64,000 nt of DNA from Candidatus Saccharimonadota bacterium (lineage in GTDB: Bacteria; Patescibacteriota; Saccharimonadia; CAILAD01; GCA-016700035), in contig JAXLZV010000001.1 in the NCBI GenBank assembly GCA_046350755.1, positions 270,855 to 334,854 of the forward strand, in the 5' to 3' direction. The translations under genes were made by a program, and so were the position numbers. This document shows, in pieces, positions 52,464 through 61,263 of this stretch. Position 1 is the first letter of the stretch; the number at the start of each line of letters is the position of its first letter. The notes under the pieces were generated by a model, which was not told the origin of the DNA, made no database searches, and was given only the letters and a program-made list of their open reading frames with translations.

Positions 52464-52886
52464 ATGAGCAACAACCGACGTCGAGTCGTCCTGAGCCTGT
52501 TGGCTGTGACGCTCGCGATCATTGCGATCGTGATCGGCAGCGGCAGCGCCGGAGCGACGGGTCACCAGACCTGGCCGCACCCGGACTGTGAGGACCATGT
52601 GTATGGGAACGAGTACTGCTCGCCCGCTACAACTGTCCCCCACCCGCCGAGCACCGTCAAGTGCCCACCACGGTCCACGACCACCACGACCACCGTTCCG
52701 GAGGTCACGGTCCCACCGACCACGGCCGTCACTCCGACGACCACTCCGACGACGACCACCACGACCGAGGTCCTGGAGTTCCCGCCGCCGGACTACGCGT
52801 ACCACCCGGCTCCGCCGGCACCCACACCGACCCCGGCTCCGCCGGCACCGGTTCAGCCGGTCAAGAAGATCAGCTTCACCGGCTGA
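52464..52886 (+). CDS. GC-rich secreted Pro/Thr-rich protein ending in FTG (cassette gene)
   Basis: Signal peptide; TTGACA(52386-91)-17-TACAAT(52409-14); GAACCT 52447-52; terminator ~52909-52940. Confidence 0.8.
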   Translation: MSNNRRRVVLSLLAVTLAIIAIVIGSGSAGATGHQTWPHPDCEDHVYGNEYCSPATTVPHPPSTVKCPPRSTTTTTTVPEVTVPPTTAVTPTTTPTTTTTTEVLEFPPPDYAYHPAPPAPTPTPAPPAPVQPVKKISFTG

Positions 52887-52963
52887 TCACAGCTCATCTC
52901 CCAACCACAAGGGCGCCCCACCGGGGCGCCCTTTCACTTTCTATTGACTCAGTGATACTGACA

Positions 52964-53608
52964 TTAAGGCATGTCGGTCGGAATACCATAGATAGCAATG
53001 TCGGTTGCACTTGGGGTATTTTGTAGGCCAGCAACGATAACCACCCAAACCCCATTCGTCTTTTTCAGGATGAGTGAATAACCACCCGTTTCACCTTTTG
53101 CACTCACCGCAACACTCGCAAAATTTTTGTCTTTAGCACTGATTTTCGGAGCCCCATAGACAACTGTGTCAGCCTTATAGGCCACAGTGCTGGGCACAAA
53201 GACTTTTGCGGCAGCCGTTATAGCCTCGGCGTCGGTCTTCGGCGTCGGGGTTGGACTCGGACTCGGCGAAGCCTCGAGCTCTTTTACCTTCTTCTCGGCC
53301 TCAGCTAGTTTCTTCTCGGCTGCGTCTTTGGCATCGACTGCTGTCTGAGTAGTTTGATTGATCATTGTCCGCTGCTGCCACCAGAGATACCCAAACGTAG
53401 CGGCCGCACCTGCCAAAATAACAAATAGCAGCACCAGTAAAATCTTCTTACCTTTTTTTGGTTTGCCAACATTCCCAGACGGCGCACCCAGCGGCGTAGA
53501 CCCCGACCCGGCGGTGTGGGTTGGTAAGGTCGAAGGCGGTACATTCATGGCTGGTTTCGCGTCAGGATCAACCGGTCGACTGATTGGTTCGGGCGTATTT
53601 GGTTCCAT
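52964..53608 (-). CDS. Single-TM coiled-coil surface protein
   Basis: TM ending YLWW, coiled coil, PS/PT linker. Confidence 0.7.
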   Translation of the reverse strand: MEPNTPEPISRPVDPDAKPAMNVPPSTLPTHTAGSGSTPLGAPSGNVGKPKKGKKILLVLLFVILAGAAATFGYLWWQQRTMINQTTQTAVDAKDAAEKKLAEAEKKVKELEASPSPSPTPTPKTDAEAITAAAKVFVPSTVAYKADTVVYGAPKISAKDKNFASVAVSAKGETGGYSLILKKTNGVWVVIVAGLQNTPSATDIAIYGIPTDMP

Positions 53609-54567
53609 TAATTACTCTCCTTGAGTGTCTTTAATAGCTCAGTAACTGCCGGCTTATCGGTGGTGGCAACTTGCTGAACCGTCTTATCGGCCGAGCAACT
53701 CGACTGCGCTGCATCATAAACGTAGTACGTGTCGCCTACCTTAAAGATAGTGGTATCATTTGGCTCCTGAGTGTCGATCTTTGCTCCTTTATACGTCTCG
53801 CCACTAGCGTAGCTCGTGAGCGTACCGAGGGGAGCAAATTCGGCCGTACACTTTGGTGCCGCATTACTTATCTTGACTTCGGCCGCAACAAGATTTCCCG
53901 AAGAGAAAGTAATCACCTTGTGCACCTTCTTCTCAGCATCAGTCGTTTCGCGATAGCGGTAAGTGATGTTCTTCGTAGTGTCAGTCAATGAATAGGTGAC
54001 GCCAAGTTCTGGTATTAATCGAACCGTCGCTGTACCCGTCGTTGTCGAACCGCCGCTGAGCTCCTTGACTTGCTTATCGAGCGCTTGATTACTGGCGGTG
54101 AGCTGGGCATTTTTCTGAGCTAAATCATCAGCGTTGGCTTTGCCGCTCCACCAAAGATAGGCGAAAGCTCCGGCGGCAATCAGGGCAATCACCAAGAGAG
54201 CAATCAATAGCCCCTTCCCGCCGCCTGATCCACCACCTGTCGATGGACGAGCAGTATTTAACGGAGGCATCTCATCATCGCCGCCATCAATAACTTCTGG
54301 AGTTAGCACTTCTGGCTCTTCGTCCTTGGTGAGCTTGGGTGGCTTCGGCTCTTTTGCTACCGGTGCGCTAGCTTTTACGGGAATCTGGGCCGGCTTATCG
54401 TCGTCTTTCTTGAGCTCATCGGCAATATCTGCCATGGTCTTAGATTCTTCTTTTTTACTATTCAGCTTGATTTCGTCAGTAGTCTCCGACGAATCTGGCT
54501 TGGGCATATACGCAAGTGAGCCACTTGCTACGTCAGGATCACCTGACTTTCCAACATTGATATTCAT
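53608..54567 (-). CDS. Single-TM coiled-coil surface protein
   Basis: Disordered N-terminus, TM ending YLWW, LIPELGV domain. Confidence 0.7.
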   Translation of the reverse strand: MNINVGKSGDPDVASGSLAYMPKPDSSETTDEIKLNSKKEESKTMADIADELKKDDDKPAQIPVKASAPVAKEPKPPKLTKDEEPEVLTPEVIDGGDDEMPPLNTARPSTGGGSGGGKGLLIALLVIALIAAGAFAYLWWSGKANADDLAQKNAQLTASNQALDKQVKELSGGSTTTGTATVRLIPELGVTYSLTDTTKNITYRYRETTDAEKKVHKVITFSSGNLVAAEVKISNAAPKCTAEFAPLGTLTSYASGETYKGAKIDTQEPNDTTIFKVGDTYYVYDAAQSSCSADKTVQQVATTDKPAVTELLKTLKESN

Positions 54568-54692
54568 AGAAAAAACGCGTCCGTTTACCTGCCAACAGTG
54601 TAGCATAAGGACTTTATAGAGTGCGAGCTTATGCTTGCCATTGACTGAAAAATAGTACACAATCAGCCCCAACATCTACCCGAAAGGCGCTG

Positions 54693-54956
54693 ATGAGCAC
54701 CCCAGACTTTGACCCGGAATATGAGATTGAGTGCGATACCGAGGAGGCCATACGGGAACACTTCGGACTCGATGAAGCCGATGGCCAATACGGTCTCACC
54801 GTTTGGTTCGACCCGGAAGCCTATGAGATGATCGTGCATTTCTGCACTATCTTCGGGATCTGCCCGGTTGAGCTGGCTGAATTCGGACTACGTGCCGTCA
54901 TCGAAGCCACGATCGACCCCGAGACCATCGTTACACCGTTCCCGACCAGCAACTAG
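54693..54956 (+). CDS. Small acidic orphan, possible ribbon-helix-helix
   Basis: SD GAAAGG; promoter TTGCCA-17-CACAAT. Confidence 0.55.
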   Translation: MSTPDFDPEYEIECDTEEAIREHFGLDEADGQYGLTVWFDPEAYEMIVHFCTIFGICPVELAEFGLRAVIEATIDPETIVTPFPTSN

Positions 54957-54964
54957 GAGCTGTC

Positions 54965-55267
54965 ATGCCACGATCGAACACGGTCCCGCCGGGATACACT
55001 CGAGTCGGTAGTATCGATGCGGTCATACCGCATGCGCTGCGAGCTCGGCTCAAGCCCTACGCCCGCCTGGTTGGTGCCCGCCGAGCCAGCGATTACGTCC
55101 GCTACTGCGTGGTTGTCACCACCAAGTTGCTCCAAGCCAAACGCCGCGGTGCCAAATTGCTCATCATTGAGCAGGATGGCGAGCTCTGGGACTACAGCTT
55201 GGGCACTCGCGAGCTGGGCAACGATACCGAGCGCGCCGCCGAGATCTTCCGCGAATTTGAGTTGTAG
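54965..55267 (+). CDS. Small basic orphan, CopG/RHH-like
   Basis: SD AGGAG; IDAVIPHALRARL...ASDYVR; terminator ~55273-55295. Confidence 0.55.
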   Translation: MPRSNTVPPGYTRVGSIDAVIPHALRARLKPYARLVGARRASDYVRYCVVVTTKLLQAKRRGAKLLIIEQDGELWDYSLGTRELGNDTERAAEIFREFEL

Positions 55268-55293
55268 ATTCCTGCCCACTTATGTGGGCATTT

Positions 55294-56340
55294 TTATTGT
55301 AAGATGCCGCCACCTAGCACCAATTGACCATCATAGAGCACCGCGTGCTGCCCAGCGGCTACTCCCCGATGCGCATCACCGATCAATTGCACCCGCCAAA
55401 AATCAGGCTGCACCTGTTCAAGACGACAGGGCAAGAGTTCACCAAGATGACGAATGCGCACCATATATTCATGTCCATCGACTGGCTCATCCCACCAAAC
55501 GCACTGCCCAATGTCGTAGTGATCACGCTTCAACTCATCGGGATTCGTCGTAACGGTCACGGTGTTCGCGGCTAAGTCCTTCGACTTTACATAAAACGGT
55601 TGACCGCCACCAATACCTAAACCATGACGCTGACCGACCGTATACAGCGCCGCGCCATCATGCTGCCCAATTACATTACCATCGACAGTCAATACATCGC
55701 CGGGCTGTAATTCCATAAACTCACCCAGAAAATCCTTGAGCGGTACTTTACCAACGAAACACAGCCCCATGCTCTCTGGCCGACTCGCCGTCGGCAGAGC
55801 AAACTCCTCGGCCAGACGACGAACTGCCGGCTTTTGATAATCTCCCAGCGGGAAAAGCACCTGCCGAGCAGTCTCTGGCGGCATACGGTACAGAAAATAG
55901 GTTTGATCTTTCTTCCGATCCACCGCTTGCGCTAGTCGACCATCGACGAGCTGGGCGTAGTGGCCGGTCGCGACCAGATCGGCTCCATCGGCACGGCACA
56001 CATCATAAAACAGGCGAAACTTAATCTCTTCATTACAGAGGACGTCTGGATTTGGAGTCAACCCTGCCGCGTAGGCTGCGACCATCGTATCGACCACCCG
56101 CTGTTTATACTCAGACTGCAGATCGAAAACTTTTAAGCCAATATCCAGGCGAGCCGCGACGCGCTTGGCGCTGAGCAAGTCCTCCTCCCACGGGCAAACA
56201 TTGCCAGCAATATCGCGGGTCCAATTTTTCATATAGGCACCGACGACATGATAGCCAGCGCGCTGTAAGAGCGCGGCCGTTACGCTCGAATCAACGCCAC
56301 CAGATAAACCGACGTAAACTGTGCTTGGCTCTTTGATCAT
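55294..56340 (-). CDS. mnmA: tRNA 2-thiouridylase MnmA
   Basis: SGGVDSS, TPNPDVLCN, ATGHYA, KDQTYFL. Confidence 0.97.
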   Translation of the reverse strand: MIKEPSTVYVGLSGGVDSSVTAALLQRAGYHVVGAYMKNWTRDIAGNVCPWEEDLLSAKRVAARLDIGLKVFDLQSEYKQRVVDTMVAAYAAGLTPNPDVLCNEEIKFRLFYDVCRADGADLVATGHYAQLVDGRLAQAVDRKKDQTYFLYRMPPETARQVLFPLGDYQKPAVRRLAEEFALPTASRPESMGLCFVGKVPLKDFLGEFMELQPGDVLTVDGNVIGQHDGAALYTVGQRHGLGIGGGQPFYVKSKDLAANTVTVTTNPDELKRDHYDIGQCVWWDEPVDGHEYMVRIRHLGELLPCRLEQVQPDFWRVQLIGDAHRGVAAGQHAVLYDGQLVLGGGILQ

Positions 56341-56404
56341 AGTTGACTATTCTACCAATTTATTTTATTATGCTCAAGTTGTCTGGCTATTGAAAGGTAC
56401 AACG

Positions 56405-56725
56405 ATGTCCAAATATCCTGAACTGGGAAGCCATCTCTGGGACTGTTTCCCGAACGGTGTGGTGTCGCGACGAGCGCATGTGATCACCGGAAGCAGCGCT
56501 GTCTACTCGGCCAGCACGCGTGACGGCGCGATCCTGATTCACTCTTCGGAAGCCGAGCGGCCCATCGCTGTCTATGCGAGTGATGACGCACATCACCAGG
56601 CCATCGGCCGGCGCAATATCGCCGAATTGATTGCCATCACCGTTGAGGTTCCCCTGAGCCACGTGCGCCCCCACACTCACTGCCTGGCGTCACCCCGTCA
56701 GACCGACTCATTCGTCGCCATCTAA
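56405..56725 (+). CDS. Orphan protein (cassette gene)
   Basis: TTGACT(56343-48)-17-TATTAT; SD GAAAGG; terminator ~56747-56773. Confidence 0.6.
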   Translation: MSKYPELGSHLWDCFPNGVVSRRAHVITGSSAVYSASTRDGAILIHSSEAERPIAVYASDDAHHQAIGRRNIAELIAITVEVPLSHVRPHTHCLASPRQTDSFVAI

Positions 56726-56787
56726 CCGCCAGTTGAACAACTCTCCTCCACCATCACAGATGGTGGAGTTTTTCATTACGGATCAGT

Positions 56788-57211
56788 AAAAATTTGAGAC
56801 CCCGGACAGAGCGTGAGCTCCGTCCGGGGTCTATCCCCAGAAGCGCCGAGGCGCATATGTGAGCTTGCAGGGGGATGCAAGCACAGCGATTTTTTTGGGT
56901 AGTCGAGATTCATGGCTGAATAGAGGGTTGAGTCCCACTCGACCACCCGCGCCGGTGCAGAAGCAACAGCGAAGATGAGATAGCCAGGCGGAGGGAAGGG
57001 AAGGGTCCTCTTTAGCACCTTTGATGGCACCAGAGGCACCTGGCTATCTCAACAATGGCCCACCGAAAAGGCGGGTACGATCACGACAAGTCCGGGGGAA
57101 ACACCCCGCGCGAGTGAGTCCACACCCGGACTTGTCATGCTGGAAGCTCTATGACGGTACCCCCGTATTCCGTCAAGCTCCAAGATCAAAGAACGTGCCT
57201 GATAGGCAATA
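56788..57211 (-). ncRNA. Candidate ~420-nt multi-hairpin non-coding RNA
   Basis: TTGACA(57241-46)-17-TATGAT(57218-23); boxA-like GTTCTTTGA 57186-94; at least six long stems; stem mismatches resolve as G-U only on the minus strand. Confidence 0.7.
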
Positions 57212-57249
57212 GCCGGAATCATACGCCGCTATGATCTTTCTGTCAAGGG

Positions 57250-57867
57250 TTATTGCAAGTTACCGGTGGCGTAAATATAGCCAACCTTGCCGAGCTCAGA
57301 TAGCGTAATCCAGATGCCAAATGGTGTCGCCCACCAAGCCGATTTACTCCAGCGACTATCGAAACTCGATTCGTTGATAAATGCATAACCATCACCATAG
57401 ACCTTTTCAAAAGTCACTAAGGTTCGGCGCTGATGATAGGGTGAAGTTACCAGATAAATTTGCTTGGCTCCCAACTTATCAATGATTGATTTAGTATTCG
57501 TCGCATTCTGATAGGTAGTTTTGGCTTCTTCGTCAGTGATAATATCGCGCTCCGGTACGCCGGATCGGCGAGCTTCGGCCGCCATCTCGCGAGCGTTACT
57601 CGGGCCATCATCCAGCGATGCTCCAGAAAATATCAATTTTGGCGCCAGGCCCTGCTTATACAGCTCAATGCCACGCCTTGCTCGCGATAGAGTCTGGCCG
57701 CCAGAAACCACAATAATTGCATCGGCTGAGGTAAGTTTATCTTGCGGTGAAAGATAGTATGCCGCCCCGAAAATCGCTCCAAAAAATAGCATGATCGCCA
57801 ACCCAACAAAAAGGAAGAAGTTGCGAATTGGATGCGGCCGTTTGCTGTGATGACGATCAGTGCTCAT
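57250..57867 (-). CDS. YdcF/DUF218 family protein
   Basis: ADAIIVVSGG, TTYQNA, LVTSPYHQRR. Confidence 0.9.
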   Translation of the reverse strand: MSTDRHHSKRPHPIRNFFLFVGLAIMLFFGAIFGAAYYLSPQDKLTSADAIIVVSGGQTLSRARRGIELYKQGLAPKLIFSGASLDDGPSNAREMAAEARRSGVPERDIITDEEAKTTYQNATNTKSIIDKLGAKQIYLVTSPYHQRRTLVTFEKVYGDGYAFINESSFDSRWSKSAWWATPFGIWITLSELGKVGYIYATGNLQ

Positions 57868-59021
57868 GCAACAATTATCGCACGCAGCGCAAGTGCCAAG
57901 GCTCGAATGTCGGCTGTCGTCGTGTCGCGCCCGAGCGAGATACGCAAACTCCCCTGCGCCTCTTCGGCAGATCGACCAATCCCGAGTAAAACATGGCTTG
58001 GTGCCCGGCTTGATTCAGCACAGGCAGCCCCAGTGGCAACGGCGAAACCTTGAGCATCAAGCTTCAACATTAGCTCCTCACCATCACGGTCGGCAAACGA
58101 AATGTTCAGAACATTGGCTAGCCGCTTGGTCGGATGGCCGTTCAAAAGAATACCTGGAAGATCCTTGAGCTGATCCCATAATGCTTGGCGCAGCGCCACC
58201 AGGCGCTTGTGTTCATCGCGACGCATAGCTTCCGCTTTTGTCAGCGCCGCGGCAAAACCAACAATAGCCGGGAGGTTCGGTGTCCCCGCTCGCAGGCTCG
58301 ACTCTTGACCGCCGCCAATGACGAGGGGCGTAAGTGGAGTACCACTAGCAACGTAGAGCGCCGCCGCACCATGCGGACCATAAATTTTTGCACTCGATAA
58401 CGTCATCAGGTCAACCCCTAATCGATCAACCGATAACGGCAACAGACCAGCACAAGCCGAAGCGTCAGTATGAAAAATAATTGGTGTCGCCTGACCACGA
58501 CGAGCCCGATCGCCACGTACAGCGCGTACCAGTTTTCCAATCTCGCCAATCGGCTGGAGGGTGCCAATCTCACTCGTAGCCATCGCAATTGAAATCAGTA
58601 TCGTATTGTCATTCAACTTATTTTTCAAAGCCGCCATATCCACCAAACCATGTTGATTGATCTCAAGATCAACCACGTCGTAGCCACTGGCCCGCGCGAC
58701 GTTCGTGCACGCCCGCACTGCGGCATGCTCAGTGGACACGGTCAGGATGCGTGCCCCCGACCGACCAGCTGCCGTGATGGCTCCAAGTAAAGCCAGATTA
58801 TTCGCCTCGGTCGCAGTGCTTGTAAAAACAATTTCCCGTTCGCGCGCGCCGAGTACCTTTGCCACCTGCTTCCGAGCCACCGTGAGTCGATCTCGCGCCG
58901 CCTGACCTTCGGTATGGAGGCTGGAGGGATTTGCAAACATCGTCTCAGCTTGGTGCATTACCATTGCGGCTTCTTTATCAAGCGGTGTAGCAGCGGCATA
59001 ATCAAAATAATAGCGTTTCAT
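57864..59021 (-). CDS. iscS: Cysteine desulfurase, IscS/NifS family
   Basis: YFDYAAATP, SSAKIYGP, LRAGT, TGAAC. Confidence 0.9.
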   Translation of the reverse strand: MKRYYFDYAAATPLDKEAAMVMHQAETMFANPSSLHTEGQAARDRLTVARKQVAKVLGAREREIVFTSTATEANNLALLGAITAAGRSGARILTVSTEHAAVRACTNVARASGYDVVDLEINQHGLVDMAALKNKLNDNTILISIAMATSEIGTLQPIGEIGKLVRAVRGDRARRGQATPIIFHTDASACAGLLPLSVDRLGVDLMTLSSAKIYGPHGAAALYVASGTPLTPLVIGGGQESSLRAGTPNLPAIVGFAAALTKAEAMRRDEHKRLVALRQALWDQLKDLPGILLNGHPTKRLANVLNISFADRDGEELMLKLDAQGFAVATGAACAESSRAPSHVLLGIGRSAEEAQGSLRISLGRDTTTADIRALALALRAIIVA

Positions 59022-59022
59022 A

Positions 59023-59805
59023 TTAGCTCGCAAGCCCAAATAAACTTTGCGCGTTCAGATCCGTCTGGCGAGCCAGTTCAGCGACTTCAACCCCACGTAG
59101 AATCGCCAAAAATTCAGCAATAGCAGGCACGTAAGCGGGTTCATTGCGTTGACCGCGGTACGGCACCGGTGCCAGATACGGGCAATCAGTCTCCAACAGC
59201 AGCCGATCAGCCGGTAGTATGCGTGCCGCCGTCAGCTGATCATCATCCTTCGTGAAGGTCATGATGCCATTCAGCCCAAAATACAGCTGGCTATCGTGCT
59301 CTAAGGCAAGATCAACCTCGGCTGAATGACCTGTGAAGCTATGAATCACGCCTCGAGCCTGCGGATAATCTCGTAGTACTGCAAAAAAATCATCCCAGGC
59401 GTCCCGAACATGAAAGACCAGTGGCAAATTATGCTCGATAGCAATTTCGATCTGTGCGCGTAAGGCTCGATCTTGTTCGTTCTTTGTGGCGTGATTGCGG
59501 TAATAATCAAGTCCACACTCGCCAATCGCGATGACGTCTTCGGCTAAATCATGGATCGCATCCAGAGCCCCATCGCCACGGGCCGCCTCGTGCGGATGTA
59601 AGCCAGCCGTCGCAAACAGGCGCACGCCAGTTTTGCTAACTGCGTGATCGGAGTGGGCGACAAATTTCAGTGCCCGCTGGCTATCTTCTGGCGTCACCCC
59701 CACATTAATAATTGTGTCTACTCCAGCCTCGTGCGCCCTGACGAGTGCCGCCTCAGCGTCCTCAAAGGCATCGACAAAATGCAGATGAGCGTGGGTATCG
59801 ATCAC
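59023..59805 (-). CDS. tatD: TatD family nuclease
   Basis: IDTHAH, GLHP, IGECGLD, ETDCPYL. Confidence 0.95.
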   Translation of the reverse strand: MIDTHAHLHFVDAFEDAEAALVRAHEAGVDTIINVGVTPEDSQRALKFVAHSDHAVSKTGVRLFATAGLHPHEAARGDGALDAIHDLAEDVIAIGECGLDYYRNHATKNEQDRALRAQIEIAIEHNLPLVFHVRDAWDDFFAVLRDYPQARGVIHSFTGHSAEVDLALEHDSQLYFGLNGIMTFTKDDDQLTAARILPADRLLLETDCPYLAPVPYRGQRNEPAYVPAIAEFLAILRGVEVAELARQTDLNAQSLFGLAS

Positions 59806-59808
59806 GGC

Positions 59809-61263
59809 CTAATCCGCTAACTCTACTCGCGGGAAAAGCATGCCGACCGAGCTATCAACTTTACCACTCGCGAAAGTTTGCTGAATCTTTTCTGCGGTTT
59901 GCGGCAAGAATGGCCCAAGCTGCATGCCTATCTTCATAATCTCATGCGTCCATTGAGTGAGTAATTTTGCCACCGCAGCCGGATCCGTCTTGGCTACTTG
60001 CCACGGTTGCTCGCGCTCGATCGACTCGTTCAAGTCATCCAATTTTTCCCATAACTGCTTGAGTACGAGATCAAAGGCTGCATCTTTCAGCGCGTCGTTC
60101 TGACTCGACAAAACTGACTTGACGCTCTCGCACTCGCCAGCACAATATTTTATAGTCATGCTAGCCACCCGCTGCACGAGATTACCAAGATTATTGACGA
60201 GATCAGCTGTGTAGACGTCGTGAAAACGCTCGACGCCAAACTCACCATCACCATCGTGCGGGATGTAGCGCAAGAGGTAATAACGCAATGCATCAACGCC
60301 ATACCGATCAAGGATCTGCTGTGGTTCGACTGAATTACCCAGGCTCTTGCTCATCTTGACCCCACCCGGAGCATTGATAAACCCGTGCACGTAGAGAGCT
60401 TTTGGTGTGGCTACTCCAGCGCTCATCAGCATAATCGGCCAGTAGACTGAATGAAAACGGTTGATGTCTTTGCCGACAATATGAAGATCAGCCGGCCACC
60501 ACTTCGAAAAGTCTGGATCGTCGGGATAGCCAACGCTGGTGATGTAGTTTGCCAGTGCATCGAACCATACATACATCACGTGACTTGAGTCGCCCGGGAC
60601 TTCAACTCCCCACGCCAGCTGCGACTTTGGTCGAGATATCGACAAATCCTCGAGCTGATGATTCTTGAGAAAACTCAGAATCTCGTTCTTCCGCAGAGCT
60701 GGAAACAGTCGGTAGTCGTCGTTTTCGATCAGTTGTATAAGGCGCTGCTGGTAGGGAGCGAGCTTGAGAAAATAGCTTTCGATCGTTAAGTCTTCGAGCG
60801 GGCGATTATGATGGACGGGGCAATTACCATCAACTGCATCTTTCGGAGTATAAAAAAGCTCACAGGCCACACAGTATAACCCAGTGTAACTGCCTTTATA
60901 GATATCGTGTGCGCAAGCCTGCCAGAGTTTTTGGGCGCCTGATTTATGGCCTTCATCAGTGGTGCGGATAAAAACGTCATAGTCGATATTCAACTGCTTG
61001 GCGAGCTGAACAAAAGACTCACTCATCTCGTTGACAAAGTTGAGTGGCTCGATGCCTGCCGCTTCGGCAGCTTCGAATAATTTTTGACCATGTTCGTCGG
61101 TGCCGATCTGAAACTTGACCTCCACCCCCCGCTGTCGTCGCCAGCGGGCTAGCGTATCGGCCTGAATAAATTCCATGGCATGACCAAGATGCGGCTTCGC
61201 ATTGGCATACGGAATCGAAGTCGTTAGATAAAACTTATTTTCGGGCTGATTGTTGAGTGTCAT
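59809..61263 (-). CDS. metG: Methionine--tRNA ligase (short form)
   Basis: YANAKPHLGH, YVWFDAL, KMSKS. Confidence 0.97.
   Translation of the reverse strand: MTLNNQPENKFYLTTSIPYANAKPHLGHAMEFIQADTLARWRRQRGVEVKFQIGTDEHGQKLFEAAEAAGIEPLNFVNEMSESFVQLAKQLNIDYDVFIRTTDEGHKSGAQKLWQACAHDIYKGSYTGLYCVACELFYTPKDAVDGNCPVHHNRPLEDLTIESYFLKLAPYQQRLIQLIENDDYRLFPALRKNEILSFLKNHQLEDLSISRPKSQLAWGVEVPGDSSHVMYVWFDALANYITSVGYPDDPDFSKWWPADLHIVGKDINRFHSVYWPIMLMSAGVATPKALYVHGFINAPGGVKMSKSLGNSVEPQQILDRYGVDALRYYLLRYIPHDGDGEFGVERFHDVYTADLVNNLGNLVQRVASMTIKYCAGECESVKSVLSSQNDALKDAAFDLVLKQLWEKLDDLNESIEREQPWQVAKTDPAAVAKLLTQWTHEIMKIGMQLGPFLPQTAEKIQQTFASGKVDSSVGMLFPRVELAD

Noticed and set aside
56776-57212. RNase P RNA, tmRNA, or the short ORFs 56776..57039 and 57021..57212
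   Set aside because: No GAGGAAAGUCC/P4 signature or tRNA-like ends; the ORFs lack a convincing SD or protein-like features, and stem pairing explains the sequence better
59023-59805. TatD as part of the Tat export locus
   Set aside because: TatD is a nuclease unrelated to translocation and sits in its usual metG context
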